The notes beneath the pieces were generated by a model. That model was given only the letters and a program-made list of their open reading frames with translations. It was not told where the DNA came from and made no database searches. The translations under genes were made by a program, and so were the position numbers. A stretch of 64,000 bases of DNA from a virus (lineage: Duplodnaviria > Caudoviricetes): the IMG/VR virus record IMGVR_UViG_2974508059_000001, positions 180,951 through 244,950 of that record; one strand, 5' to 3'. Positions 19,387-29,100 of this stretch are shown piece after piece. Numbering within the stretch: the first letter of the stretch is position 1; the number at the start of each line of letters is the position of its first letter.

Positions 19387-20408
19387 TGCGCCAGTATCTT
19401 CAATTGATGGAATCCGTCCTCTCTTTCGGTCATGAAAAGAAAGACCGTACCGGCACCGGAACGCGCTCCTTGTTCGGGGCCCAGATGCGCTTTGACCTGA
19501 CCGAAGGCTTCCCACTGGTGACCACGAAAAAGGTTCACCTGCGCTCTATCATTCACGAGCTGCTGTGGTTCCTGAAAGGTGATACCAACATCGGTTACCT
19601 GAAAGACAACAACGTTTCCATCTGGGATGAGTGGGCTGATGAGAACGGCGACCTAGGACCGGTGTACGGCAAGCAGTGGCGGGAGTGGATGGATTACCGT
19701 GTCATTGGCGAAGACAACGCAGAGCAAGCGGCGTTGTTGAAGAAAGCAGGCTACAAGTTCTTCGGTAGTGAAACGGGTGTTGCGTTAGAAGAGCCTGATA
19801 TCTGGGTCCGTAAAACTGACCAAATCTCCAAGGTCATCGACCAACTGCGCAACGATCCGGACAATCGCCGCATTATTGTCAGTGCGTGGAACGTAGGTGA
19901 GTTGGACCAGATGGCGTTGGCCCCGTGTCATTCTTTCTTCCAGTTCTATACGCGCGAGCTGACGCTGTACGAGCGTGCTCTTGCTGCAAAAGAGAAAGGC
20001 ACCGAAGACTACTACCTGAATCTCAATGAGAAACATCAGGAGCAGCTGCATTACGAGTTCGATGAATTGGCTGTTCCCCGTCGCGGTCTATCGTGTCAGT
20101 TGTATCAGCGCAGCGCCGATGTCTTCTTGGGCGTACCGTTTAACATCGCCTCGTATGCTTTACTGACTGAGATGATTGCTCAGCAGGTCAACATGGTGGC
20201 CGAAGAGTTCGTCTGGACAGGCGGTGATACGCATCTGTATTCCAACCATCTGGAGCAGGCACGTCTGCAGTTAACACGTGACCCGCATCCGTTACCGCGT
20301 CTGAAAATCAAACGCAAGCCCGACTCTATCTTTGACTACCAGTTCGAAGACTTTGAAGTCGAAGGTTACGTTTCACACGACGCTATCAAAGCGCCAGTTG
20401 CTATCTAG
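19386..20408 (+). CDS. thyA: Thymidylate synthase
   Basis: [53 protein letters not shown] and HLYSNH motifs. Confidence 0.98.
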   Translation: MRQYLQLMESVLSFGHEKKDRTGTGTRSLFGAQMRFDLTEGFPLVTTKKVHLRSIIHELLWFLKGDTNIGYLKDNNVSIWDEWADENGDLGPVYGKQWREWMDYRVIGEDNAEQAALLKKAGYKFFGSETGVALEEPDIWVRKTDQISKVIDQLRNDPDNRRIIVSAWNVGELDQMALAPCHSFFQFYTRELTLYERALAAKEKGTEDYYLNLNEKHQEQLHYEFDELAVPRRGLSCQLYQRSADVFLGVPFNIASYALLTEMIAQQVNMVAEEFVWTGGDTHLYSNHLEQARLQLTRDPHPLPRLKIKRKPDSIFDYQFEDFEVEGYVSHDAIKAPVAI

Positions 20409-20416
20409 GAGGTCAC

Positions 20417-20812
20417 ATGACTATTTGTGCTTACTTCTATTCTTACCCAAAAACCTCGGTCAGTAGTATTGTGCGCAATGCTTGGGATCACAACAAGCCG
20501 ATTAGCCACATCGACCATGTCTACGGTGAGGTCGAAAATGACCAAGACAAAATGGAGTGGTCGGCTCGAACCTCATTCTGTTACGAGGCGCTGAAACTCA
20601 TTACGCCGAAAGACAAAGAAGGTTGTTATCACGGTGACGAGGAATTCTCTATCAGTCGTGAGACACTCATTGCGTTTAAAGCGAATGTCGAACAGCTCGA
20701 TCAAAAAGACGCGATGGGTGAAGATTGGGTGAAGGTAACACTCTACGAACTCCAGCAACTCATCGATACTTTCAACTTCGATGAGAAGTATCTTACCGTC
20801 CAGACCGATTAA
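20417..20812 (+). CDS. Hypothetical protein
   Basis: GGAGG SD. Confidence 0.75.
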   Translation: MTICAYFYSYPKTSVSSIVRNAWDHNKPISHIDHVYGEVENDQDKMEWSARTSFCYEALKLITPKDKEGCYHGDEEFSISRETLIAFKANVEQLDQKDAMGEDWVKVTLYELQQLIDTFNFDEKYLTVQTD

Positions 20813-20868
20813 AAACGTGATTCCGCAGTTCTATGCTGAAACACACAACTGAAAAGAAGGAAAGCGAG

Positions 20869-21060
20869 ATGTCCCAGAAAGAAAGCTCCATGCAGTCTAC
20901 CATCAACCAGCACAACCAGATGGTTGCGGATGACGCCGACGACAGTTTCGACCTGCCGGGTCTGGACGACGCCGAAGCGCGTGTGGCTGAGAAGCGCGAT
21001 GCCGAAGAAAATCAGGAAGACATTTCTGATGAAGCGGATTGCGAAGGCTGCAAAATCTAA
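20869..21060 (+). CDS. Small acidic protein ending in an NrdA-tail-like CxxCKI
   Basis: AAGG SD; C-terminus EDISDEADCEGCKI; own upstream TATG and downstream terminator. Confidence 0.65.
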   Translation: MSQKESSMQSTINQHNQMVADDADDSFDLPGLDDAEARVAEKRDAEENQEDISDEADCEGCKI

Positions 21061-21070
21061 GTAGTGCTTG

Positions 21071-21099
21071 CCCCGCCACGTGCGGGGTATTCTTTTATT
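21071..21099 (+). terminator. Rho-independent terminator
   Basis: CCCCGC-CACGT-GCGGGG followed by TATTCTTTT. Confidence 0.65.
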
Positions 21100-21115
21100 A
21101 ACCCAAGGAACTAAG

Positions 21116-21574
21116 ATGTCTACGACTCGAATCAATTACGATTTGGTAGTGCAAGAACTTACCCGGAACATGTACCCATTAGACCACACCGTTGTCCACG
21201 CCTGCAACATGTCTCTTCCACAGAGACTACTTGCCTTTCGCACCGTGCGTTTCGGCGCAGGACGCCAGCAGGGAATCACGGAGTGGTTGGCAGAAGATTT
21301 CGTTCGTAATGAAGGGCACTCTCTGGTACTCCAAACGAGTACCGAACTGCGGGCCGATTTACGTTACCGTATCCTCGCGAAATCTAATGAGGCAAAGGTC
21401 GACTCCGGGATGTTCCTTGCGAGAGATATTCCTGACTATGTCAAACACTTGAAGTTTAACCGTGTGTATATCGACGACGCGGGGCATTACTTCAACCTGT
21501 TCAAATTGAGCAAGGTGTACGAACATCTTGCAACCTGTACAACTGACGACGTTATCATCTATCATCTTAATTAA
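21116..21574 (+). CDS. Degenerate P-loop ATPase-like protein
   Basis: GRQQGIT (Walker A-like, no Lys) and VYIDD (Walker B-like); AAGGA SD. Confidence 0.5.
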   Translation: MSTTRINYDLVVQELTRNMYPLDHTVVHACNMSLPQRLLAFRTVRFGAGRQQGITEWLAEDFVRNEGHSLVLQTSTELRADLRYRILAKSNEAKVDSGMFLARDIPDYVKHLKFNRVYIDDAGHYFNLFKLSKVYEHLATCTTDDVIIYHLN

Positions 21575-21587
21575 GGGCTGACTTCAA

Positions 21588-22970
21588 ATGGGCGAGCAAT
21601 TTGTTATCCAAGTGCCATACGTTGCACTGTTTAATCCGAACAACTTCCTGATGGAAGTCAACGATGCGCTGAAGGTACTGAAAGAGGAAGGGCGTGCGAA
21701 CATCCTGTTCCGCACTATCCGTTCACTCGACCGCAATGTCGAAACCGGCACATGGTACATCGAAGGTGACTTGGCACCGGAAGAGGGCGACGTCGAAGAA
21801 GATCCGGAGATGCAGTTTAACCGCATGCGTGACCTCGATAATTACGACTGCGAACTGAACCTGCCGCTGCTGCACGTTCTGCTGGCCGCACCGTTGTACG
21901 ATGCACAGAAAAACATCGTGACCCATCCGCGTTATATCCGCCTGTTCCAAATTCCTGAGCTGATTCAGAAAATCAAAGGCTGGTCACAAGCGCGCGGCAT
22001 TCTGGACAACGGCATCTGGTACACCCAAGCCACCAAGATGTACGAAGAAGACGGTGAGATTGCCCCGGGTGTGGCCAAGTCCAAACGTAACATGGTTATC
22101 GACGGCGTCGGTGACATGATCGTGGTAATGGTTAACCTGCTGGAGCTGACGAACTTTAATTCCGAGGCCATTACGGCGATGGTTGCTTCTGTCCGTAAAG
22201 AAGCACCGCCTATGGGTAATGCACACTACCTGTACCACAAGCTGCGTATGTCGAACACGCTGTCCGTCGACTACATGTGGGAAGTCGCTGGCGTGGATTC
22301 GCCGAAGCAGTTGACCCGTACGATGTTTGATGAAACACAAATCAAATACGCTATCGGTCATCTGGGCGACTGTTTGATCTTTGCCAATGCGCTGGCTAAT
22401 GCGTACGAGTTCACGCTGGAGCAAGCCCTGTCCATGGCGTGGGATGAAATCAAAGACCGCACCGGTTTTCTGAACGCAGACGGTGTGTTTGTGAAGGAGT
22501 CTGATATGTCTGAAAACGATCGTATCCAACGTGCCCTGAAAGACACCGAAAAAGCCGGTAACTTTGACGGTGATAATAGCCCTGCGCGCAAACTGGAAGT
22601 TGACCTTTCAGGCGAACACGCAACCACGACCGCCCGTGGAATGACCTCAGCCTTCACGGCGGTTGATGAACTGGGAACTGTCGAGCCACCAACCAAAGAG
22701 ATCTCTTACTTCCCGGTTGTGCCGACTACTGAACAACTGAGCGCAGCGACCGATGCTATTCATGCAACACTCGGCGGTGACTCAGTACAGTTTGTCCGTG
22801 TAGGCACCTACTACGGTGGTGACACGTTCTACCCTCGTCCGCACATCCTGTTTGAATTCACACTCGACGGTCGTCCGGGAACGCGCCATCAGCAGGTTGA
22901 AGAAGGCGAGTATTGGGAATTTGCTGACGATGCGGCGTCTTACATCGTGCGTGAGCCTATCAGCGACTAA
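21588..22970 (+). CDS. Multidomain protein with central MazG-like nucleotide pyrophosphohydrolase domain
   Basis: W...RGI...G....Q.TK.YEE.GE......K......DGVGD and AWDEIKDRTG....GVFVKE. Confidence 0.8.
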   Translation: MGEQFVIQVPYVALFNPNNFLMEVNDALKVLKEEGRANILFRTIRSLDRNVETGTWYIEGDLAPEEGDVEEDPEMQFNRMRDLDNYDCELNLPLLHVLLAAPLYDAQKNIVTHPRYIRLFQIPELIQKIKGWSQARGILDNGIWYTQATKMYEEDGEIAPGVAKSKRNMVIDGVGDMIVVMVNLLELTNFNSEAITAMVASVRKEAPPMGNAHYLYHKLRMSNTLSVDYMWEVAGVDSPKQLTRTMFDETQIKYAIGHLGDCLIFANALANAYEFTLEQALSMAWDEIKDRTGFLNADGVFVKESDMSENDRIQRALKDTEKAGNFDGDNSPARKLEVDLSGEHATTTARGMTSAFTAVDELGTVEPPTKEISYFPVVPTTEQLSAATDAIHATLGGDSVQFVRVGTYYGGDTFYPRPHILFEFTLDGRPGTRHQQVEEGEYWEFADDAASYIVREPISD

Positions 22971-22978
22971 GGACAGTC

Positions 22979-23476
22979 ATGAACCGTATCGAAGTGATTG
23001 ATGTCATCCCCGATGACAATGAAATCGAAATCAACGGTAAGGTGATTGGCTCAGTGAACGACCGCCACGCGATGTTGTGGCGGTACTTCTCGAATGCCGA
23101 ACACATCTTCATTATCGAGGATGTGAGCCTGACGTTTGATGAAACACCGACCGAGCAGATTACCGTTCCGCTTGAAGAATCAATGCTGCGTAAACTCATT
23201 GCGTGTGCCGACTACCGTAACGAAGACAATGACCCGAACAGTCTGTGGGATGAAATTGACCCCTCACTGCCAAAGGAAATTGGTCTGCGGGCGGTCGAAA
23301 CCATCAAGCTCGATTCCATGTGGTTGGACTGCAACAGCAAGATTCCGGTGTGTACGCCCATTCTGGTTATCCACGTCGACCGTGACGAAGTAGACATGCC
23401 GGTGCTCTGCATCAGCTACCTGATTCTGCGCCACCCTGACGATCGTGAAATAGGAGACAACATTGACCGAACTTAA
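22979..23476 (+). CDS. Hypothetical acidic protein
   Basis: TAAGGA SD. Confidence 0.75.
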   Translation: MNRIEVIDVIPDDNEIEINGKVIGSVNDRHAMLWRYFSNAEHIFIIEDVSLTFDETPTEQITVPLEESMLRKLIACADYRNEDNDPNSLWDEIDPSLPKEIGLRAVETIKLDSMWLDCNSKIPVCTPILVIHVDRDEVDMPVLCISYLILRHPDDREIGDNIDRT

Positions 23477-23873
23477 TCGCATCCATCGGGATGAAAACAG
23501 TAACGTCTTCATCAACAACAAGCCTGTGCCGTTCAATCTCGGTATTGCGGATTGGGTGTGGGATATGTTTGTGCCGAAGGCGAAGAACGGGTTTGAGATT
23601 GTGTTTGTTGACCAGCCCCATGCGGTCGGTCCGTGGGCACGTATCGGCAATCCTCGCTTCTTTGAAATTGATGAGCAGCAGGCCGGTTTCTTACTGCGCG
23701 AATGTCAGTTCCGGGGTCACTGCACTGACGGTAAAAATGCGCTGGCGGTGTCACAAGAGCTGGGCATGGAAATCCCCTACCTGAACGTGCCTGTGAAGGA
23801 AGCGGACCACAACGCCATGATTGTCTGGTACAGCAGCGGTGCATGGCAAATCGTGACCTGTGACCAACCCTAA
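23463..23873 (+). CDS. Hypothetical protein
   Basis: AGGAG SD before a TTG start. Confidence 0.65.
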   Translation: MTELNRIHRDENSNVFINNKPVPFNLGIADWVWDMFVPKAKNGFEIVFVDQPHAVGPWARIGNPRFFEIDEQQAGFLLRECQFRGHCTDGKNALAVSQELGMEIPYLNVPVKEADHNAMIVWYSSGAWQIVTCDQP

Positions 23874-23876
23874 ACA

Positions 23877-23922
23877 AATAAAAGTAACCCACTCCCGTAA
23901 AGGAGTGGGTACTTCTTTTTTT
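23877..23922. terminator. Bidirectional terminator between convergent genes
   Basis: ACCCACTCC-CGTAAA-GGAGTGGGT stem with A/T flanks. Confidence 0.85.
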
Positions 23923-23923
23923 G

Positions 23924-26122
23924 CTATCGTGCCGGAGTTGAGAAGATGTTCGCCAAGACACGCGCCGGCGGCAAGTCAAACACCGAGTTCACCACCGAGC
24001 CTACCGAGAAGGCAGACTTCCACGACTGTTTCCAGTTCAGGGCGTTCATGATGGTACGGTCAATACCGTTGGTACGTTGGTGCAGCGTTGCACCCCCCAA
24101 CACCGCCATGAATTCCGTGAACTTGTTATCGTCATCCCAAACTGACTGGTCAGTGACAATCGGCATGTACATCACACGCGACATGTCACGGATGGTGACG
24201 GAGATGTCACACGACAACGGACAGCCGTCCACACGCCAACCCAAACCACCGACACCGAAGTTCATGCTGACCGAGGTCACAATCCCATTACGGATGGAGT
24301 GACGACCACGTGAATACGCCTCCACGTAGAACGGGTGCGTGAACGACTGCTTACCGGTGGCAATCGGACAGGCCGCAGCAATCCAGAACGACAACGGGAC
24401 GATAAGGTCTTGGAATACATCCAAGTCATTACCTGACCAGCAACGCAGGGGAATCGTCAGCGTGACATCATCACCGTCGGTTGAGGAACTGTCCCACACT
24501 TCAGGAAAGTCAATCACCGAGGAGTTGTACAGCGACATAATCCCTGAGAGGTGCAGGAAGTCCAATGCGCCGGTAAAGGCAGACTTCAGACCCGTGATAA
24601 GGCCGTCCACCGCATCAAAGCCTGTCTTACCACCCGAGAGGTTCACCTCAAGGCTACGGGCTTTCTGCGTGGCGGAGTTCACGGTACCGGAGATTTCAGG
24701 TTCTTTGGTACTGTTGGAGAAGTTACGACTGACCGTATCTCGCCCATCAATTTTCCACGTTACCCACTGGGAACCGTTCTTGAATTCTGCCTCTGCCTGT
24801 GTGGCAATCGAATTCGTAAAGCGTCCCACGGTCCCTTCCGCTTCTTTGGCGTAGTCCCCGAAGAGGTCACCCCACGTCTGCTTCTGACCGCCGTCCATCC
24901 AGTTCTGAATCTGCTCTTGGTTCGGCTGGTCACCTTCCCCGCCCTGAGCTTGACTCGCCATCTGGTTCTGCAACGCCTGACGTTCGGTGTTGGTTGCGTT
25001 GTCGTACGCATCCGCCGTGCCACCACCTTGGTCAGCCTGTGAGTACACGCTTCCCACACTCTGCAGTACCGCATCTTCCTGATTGTCAACGTTGGTAAAG
25101 CCTGCGTAGTAGCCCGGTGATTTGGCAAACGCCGCTTCCATCGCCGCCAGTGAGATTTCCATTCCCGCCATGGCCTTGCTGTTGGGGTCAATCGAATTGG
25201 TGAACAGGGCTTCTTTATAAAACGCCTGTACACGACTCGCTTGGTCTTCCGGTGACGTCGCCTCTTTGGCAATCTTGTCAAGCGTGTCAGCCTGATAGTT
25301 CGCCAACACCTGATAACGGTTAATCATCTTGTAGATATCAAACTCGCCGTTAGCTTTCCAGATGTCAGGGAGGGCAGAATACAAATCGGCTTTCGACTTG
25401 TAATACTTGTTCGCCGGATCGTTCACATCCCCTGACCCTTTTCCGCCAAAGAAACCGAGGATATTCGTCGGCACCAGTTTGCGGTAAATCAGCTGGGTGT
25501 TTACGATGTTCTGCACCGCGCGCAAGTACAGGTGCATTGTCGGCTTCACGTAGTAGTAACGCGAGGCCTGTTTGTTCAGGGCTGCTTTCAACACGCGTGG
25601 GATAATCAGTAACGCACCAAACGCCACGGTACCCAGTGTGGCCCAGATGGCAGCTGCGGTTACCCATGTCCCCAATGTCCGCACCATACCCGGATAGTCA
25701 CCCGTACGGGCGAGGTAGGCGAGGTTGGAGTCGTACATGTTTGCGAAGAAGGCCGCAACCCCTAAGTATTTCGGTTTGCCAAAACGGCAGTGGATATAGA
25801 AACTGTTTTGCTCAATCGCCTCGGAGTAGAACGCACCGTTGCGATACGATCCTTGTTGTTCTTGGCTGTCATGCCACTTACGAAATGAAGCACGGGTCTC
25901 ATCGTAGGGCTGCGCGAAGACACCACCGACAGGCGGATCGGCAAACAGGGTAAAACCCGGTGGGGTGTTAATCGCCTGCCCACCACCCACGGTGGTATCG
26001 GCAAACGACAGTCGAGCGTCGCTGTACACACGCAGGTTTGTGAAACGCGTGTCGCGTTGGGTTATCGCACCGCCGAACAGGGCCGTGACCCAACCGGAGT
26101 CGGTAATCGTTCTCGCATCCAC
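23924..26122 (-). CDS. Virion structural protein, probably tail/baseplate (phiKZ gp182-like)
   Basis: 732 aa directly downstream of the tape measure gene; PEVWDSSS...AAACP motifs; synteny. Confidence 0.7.
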   Translation of the reverse strand: MDARTITDSGWVTALFGGAITQRDTRFTNLRVYSDARLSFADTTVGGGQAINTPPGFTLFADPPVGGVFAQPYDETRASFRKWHDSQEQQGSYRNGAFYSEAIEQNSFYIHCRFGKPKYLGVAAFFANMYDSNLAYLARTGDYPGMVRTLGTWVTAAAIWATLGTVAFGALLIIPRVLKAALNKQASRYYYVKPTMHLYLRAVQNIVNTQLIYRKLVPTNILGFFGGKGSGDVNDPANKYYKSKADLYSALPDIWKANGEFDIYKMINRYQVLANYQADTLDKIAKEATSPEDQASRVQAFYKEALFTNSIDPNSKAMAGMEISLAAMEAAFAKSPGYYAGFTNVDNQEDAVLQSVGSVYSQADQGGGTADAYDNATNTERQALQNQMASQAQGGEGDQPNQEQIQNWMDGGQKQTWGDLFGDYAKEAEGTVGRFTNSIATQAEAEFKNGSQWVTWKIDGRDTVSRNFSNSTKEPEISGTVNSATQKARSLEVNLSGGKTGFDAVDGLITGLKSAFTGALDFLHLSGIMSLYNSSVIDFPEVWDSSSTDGDDVTLTIPLRCWSGNDLDVFQDLIVPLSFWIAAACPIATGKQSFTHPFYVEAYSRGRHSIRNGIVTSVSMNFGVGGLGWRVDGCPLSCDISVTIRDMSRVMYMPIVTDQSVWDDDNKFTEFMAVLGGATLHQRTNGIDRTIMNALNWKQSWKSAFSVGSVVNSVFDLPPARVLANIFSTPAR

Positions 26123-26171
26123 AGTGGACCTCTCTTGAAAGAAATGGGGGCAGTTGCCCGCCCCCGTTTAA

Positions 26172-29100
26172 CTACGACGCTTTCCGGTTCAGGTTAAGCG
26201 TTGGTGCCGGTGCTGTGGTTTGTGTCTTACGACTGGCAGCGCCGGGCGCAGTTGCAGCTTGAGCCGCAGGTGGTGCCCCGTTGAGCGTCCCACCTTTCTG
26301 GAGGTATTCCCAAATCTTCGAGAGGTAGTCGCGACTCTGCCCCTCGATGTCAATGAGTTCATCCATACGGCTCACCGTGACCATATCACCTGCCGAGACA
26401 GGCATGTCGTTAGCGGCTTTACGCGGTTTGGCCTGTGCCGTTGCCTGATTGGCATAGCCCGCCCCGACCTTGGCTGCATCTGCTGGAGACATTCCATCTG
26501 CCTCCGCGGCCGCTTGGATGTTATCGGCATCTTTAGCAATATCCGACGGCGAGTTCGCCGCTGACACGCCCGCAGGATTCGGTGCTGTCACAGACGCACT
26601 TTGCGTGGCCGCATCGTTCGCCGCCTGTGCACCTTTCTGCGCCAATGCCACATCCTTGCGCTGTGCTGTCTGGATTGCACCATCAGCATCGTTGGCTGCC
26701 GGAGCACCTGCTGCCCGTGCTGGGTCAGTCGGTGTCTGGCCCGACATGGCTTGCTTCGCCAAATCGGAGTTCGAGGTGGCAATGTTCGCAACCTGTGAAC
26801 CCATACGCCCGTTCAACTCTTGCATCACCTGTGCAAAGCTTCGAATACGTCCGCCGGAGGTGAAGACCGACATGTTGTTGCCTATCACGCCGCTACTGGA
26901 ATAACGGATAGAGTTGGCCGGTGCATTCGGGTTGGCTTTGTAGGCTTTCATGAACTTGGCCGCATCGCCCGCACCCAAGAAGTGATACAGGTACGCCACG
27001 CCCGGAGGGACTTGGCCGCCGTAATCGCTTTGGGCTTTGGAGATGTTGTTACGAATGAAGTTAATGCCGAGCAGGGTATTCGCGTACGGGTCGAGCTGGG
27101 TTGCCCCATTCGGAATCCCGAACTTGTTACCGTAGTTCTGCAATTCTCCAGGCGCATTGCCTTTCCCTGACCACGTGGATTTGATGAACTGATACAGTCC
27201 ACCGGCTCCCGAGTCTTTGTTCCATGCTTTATAGTTGAACTTGGATTCGGCGTACGCCATCCCCAATGCAACACCCGGTGGTACTCCGAGGCGTTGCGCC
27301 ACATCCACAATCATGGCCTTCACGTTGGCGACGTTATTCAACGACGCGCGTGGATACTTCTCTGCCAACTCTTTGTAGTTGCCATCGCCCATCTGTCCCA
27401 AGGAGATGTTGGTACTACCGGTGGTCATCGCGGCATAGTTTCCAATCCCGCCGGCTGCAGCAATTTCACTGCTGCCATTCCAACCGCCACCACCCCCGTC
27501 GTAACCGCTCCGACCGTTTAAGCCTGCGGCACGCAATGCCTCTGCTGAGCCCGGGGCGTACGAACTCACCCCGTTATCGCTCATGGCGTCACCGCCGTAG
27601 AGGCCCTTGGTCAGTTCCTTCTGTTTCCACTGCGCACGGCCTTGCTTCTTCTCGTTTTCACGCATCAGGTTTCGCACTGCCAAGTCCGCTTCTTTCGAAA
27701 GGACGTGCAGGGATTCCAGTTCTGCGTTAACCGAGGAGGCTACCGTGTTTGCATCGCCCCCGAACGGGTTGATGGCAATGTCCCAAACAGACTGACGAAT
27801 GTCATTCTTCATGGAGTAGGCACGCGAGGTCATTAAACCGACTTCGTAGAGATACCCACCCGAGAGTTTCAAGTCCAGCGGATTGGCGGTAGGCTGATAG
27901 CGATACACACCCACCACGTACGTCATGAAGACCGGCAGGAAACGGTTGTAGAACCAGTATTTCAACCGGTCGGCTTTCTCGGAAGTGGAACCCCCCGGTA
28001 CTAACGCATCAATCGCTTCTTGCCATCTGCCTTTATACGTGTTGTTCTTGACATCGATACTCGGGTAGACCAGCCGCTCCATCAGTAACAGGGATTTCAC
28101 CTGTGCCGGATTGAGGGTGGTTAAACCGTATGCCTTCATTCGGAGTGACTGCAAGGCATCGACGTCTTTTTGCTGGACCACAGAGTTGTAATCAACCTGA
28201 ACCGTAACCTGTTCGTTGCCGTCTTCCCAACCTTCTTTCTTGATGGTGTGGTCACGGCGTTCTTGGTCAAGGGTAGCGAGTCGGTTAACTGACTCTGCCA
28301 CACCGGAGACTTTGGTGCCGTCGGCCGTTGGGGGTGCCAAGTGATTGCGCACTGCCGCTGACCCTTCTGCACGGAACTTAATGGATTTCTCCACTTCGTT
28401 CTGCACATCCATCACATCGTCCGCACCCAGTAAATCCGGTGAGGTGAAGGTAATCGTATCCCATGCCTTCGAGAAGAAACCTTGGTTCGTTTTACGGGGG
28501 TCTTCGATGGCTTTCAGGTATTGCGAGTCCTTGCTCAATTTGTTTTTGGCAAACAGCGTCTTCATGTCTTCTTTGCTGACTTTGGTTACATCACCTAAGT
28601 CTTTCAAGGCCACATCGCTCTCAAGCTGACGCAGAGAACTCATCCACCGCAGGTACAGTGGAATAAAGCGCTGGAGCATAAACGCATGGAAGGAGACCAG
28701 TTCCGATTTCTCGTCCTTGTTCACCCCGAAGCCTGCTGCAAGTTTCTCCACATCGCTGGCAGAAAGGCCACGTAACGTTGCCGCCCCGTCGTTGTTGTAG
28801 GAGATGTACCCTTTCAGCTGGTCTTCCAAGTATCTCGCCTTCGCGCCGTCGTCGCTGTTCCAGCTTTCGTAATCACGGAAGCCGTACTGGGCCAGACGCA
28901 TACGGTCAAGGTATTTCGCCGGGACGTTGGTGGCGATTTTGTACGCGGCGTAGCCGATACCGGCCACCGCGGCACCCACGGCAATCGCCGGCCAACCAAT
29001 CGCGGTCACCAAGGCGGCCGCACCCGAGATAAGCGGGGCTGCAATGGCCCGTGCCGCCCACGGCAGTGCTCGGGTAGCCAATGCCCAACCACCGCGTGCC

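Noticed and set aside
19690-20090. Two insertions in thyA relative to E. coli ThyA
   Set aside because: In-frame loop insertions at normally variable positions, with no intron or intein signatures.
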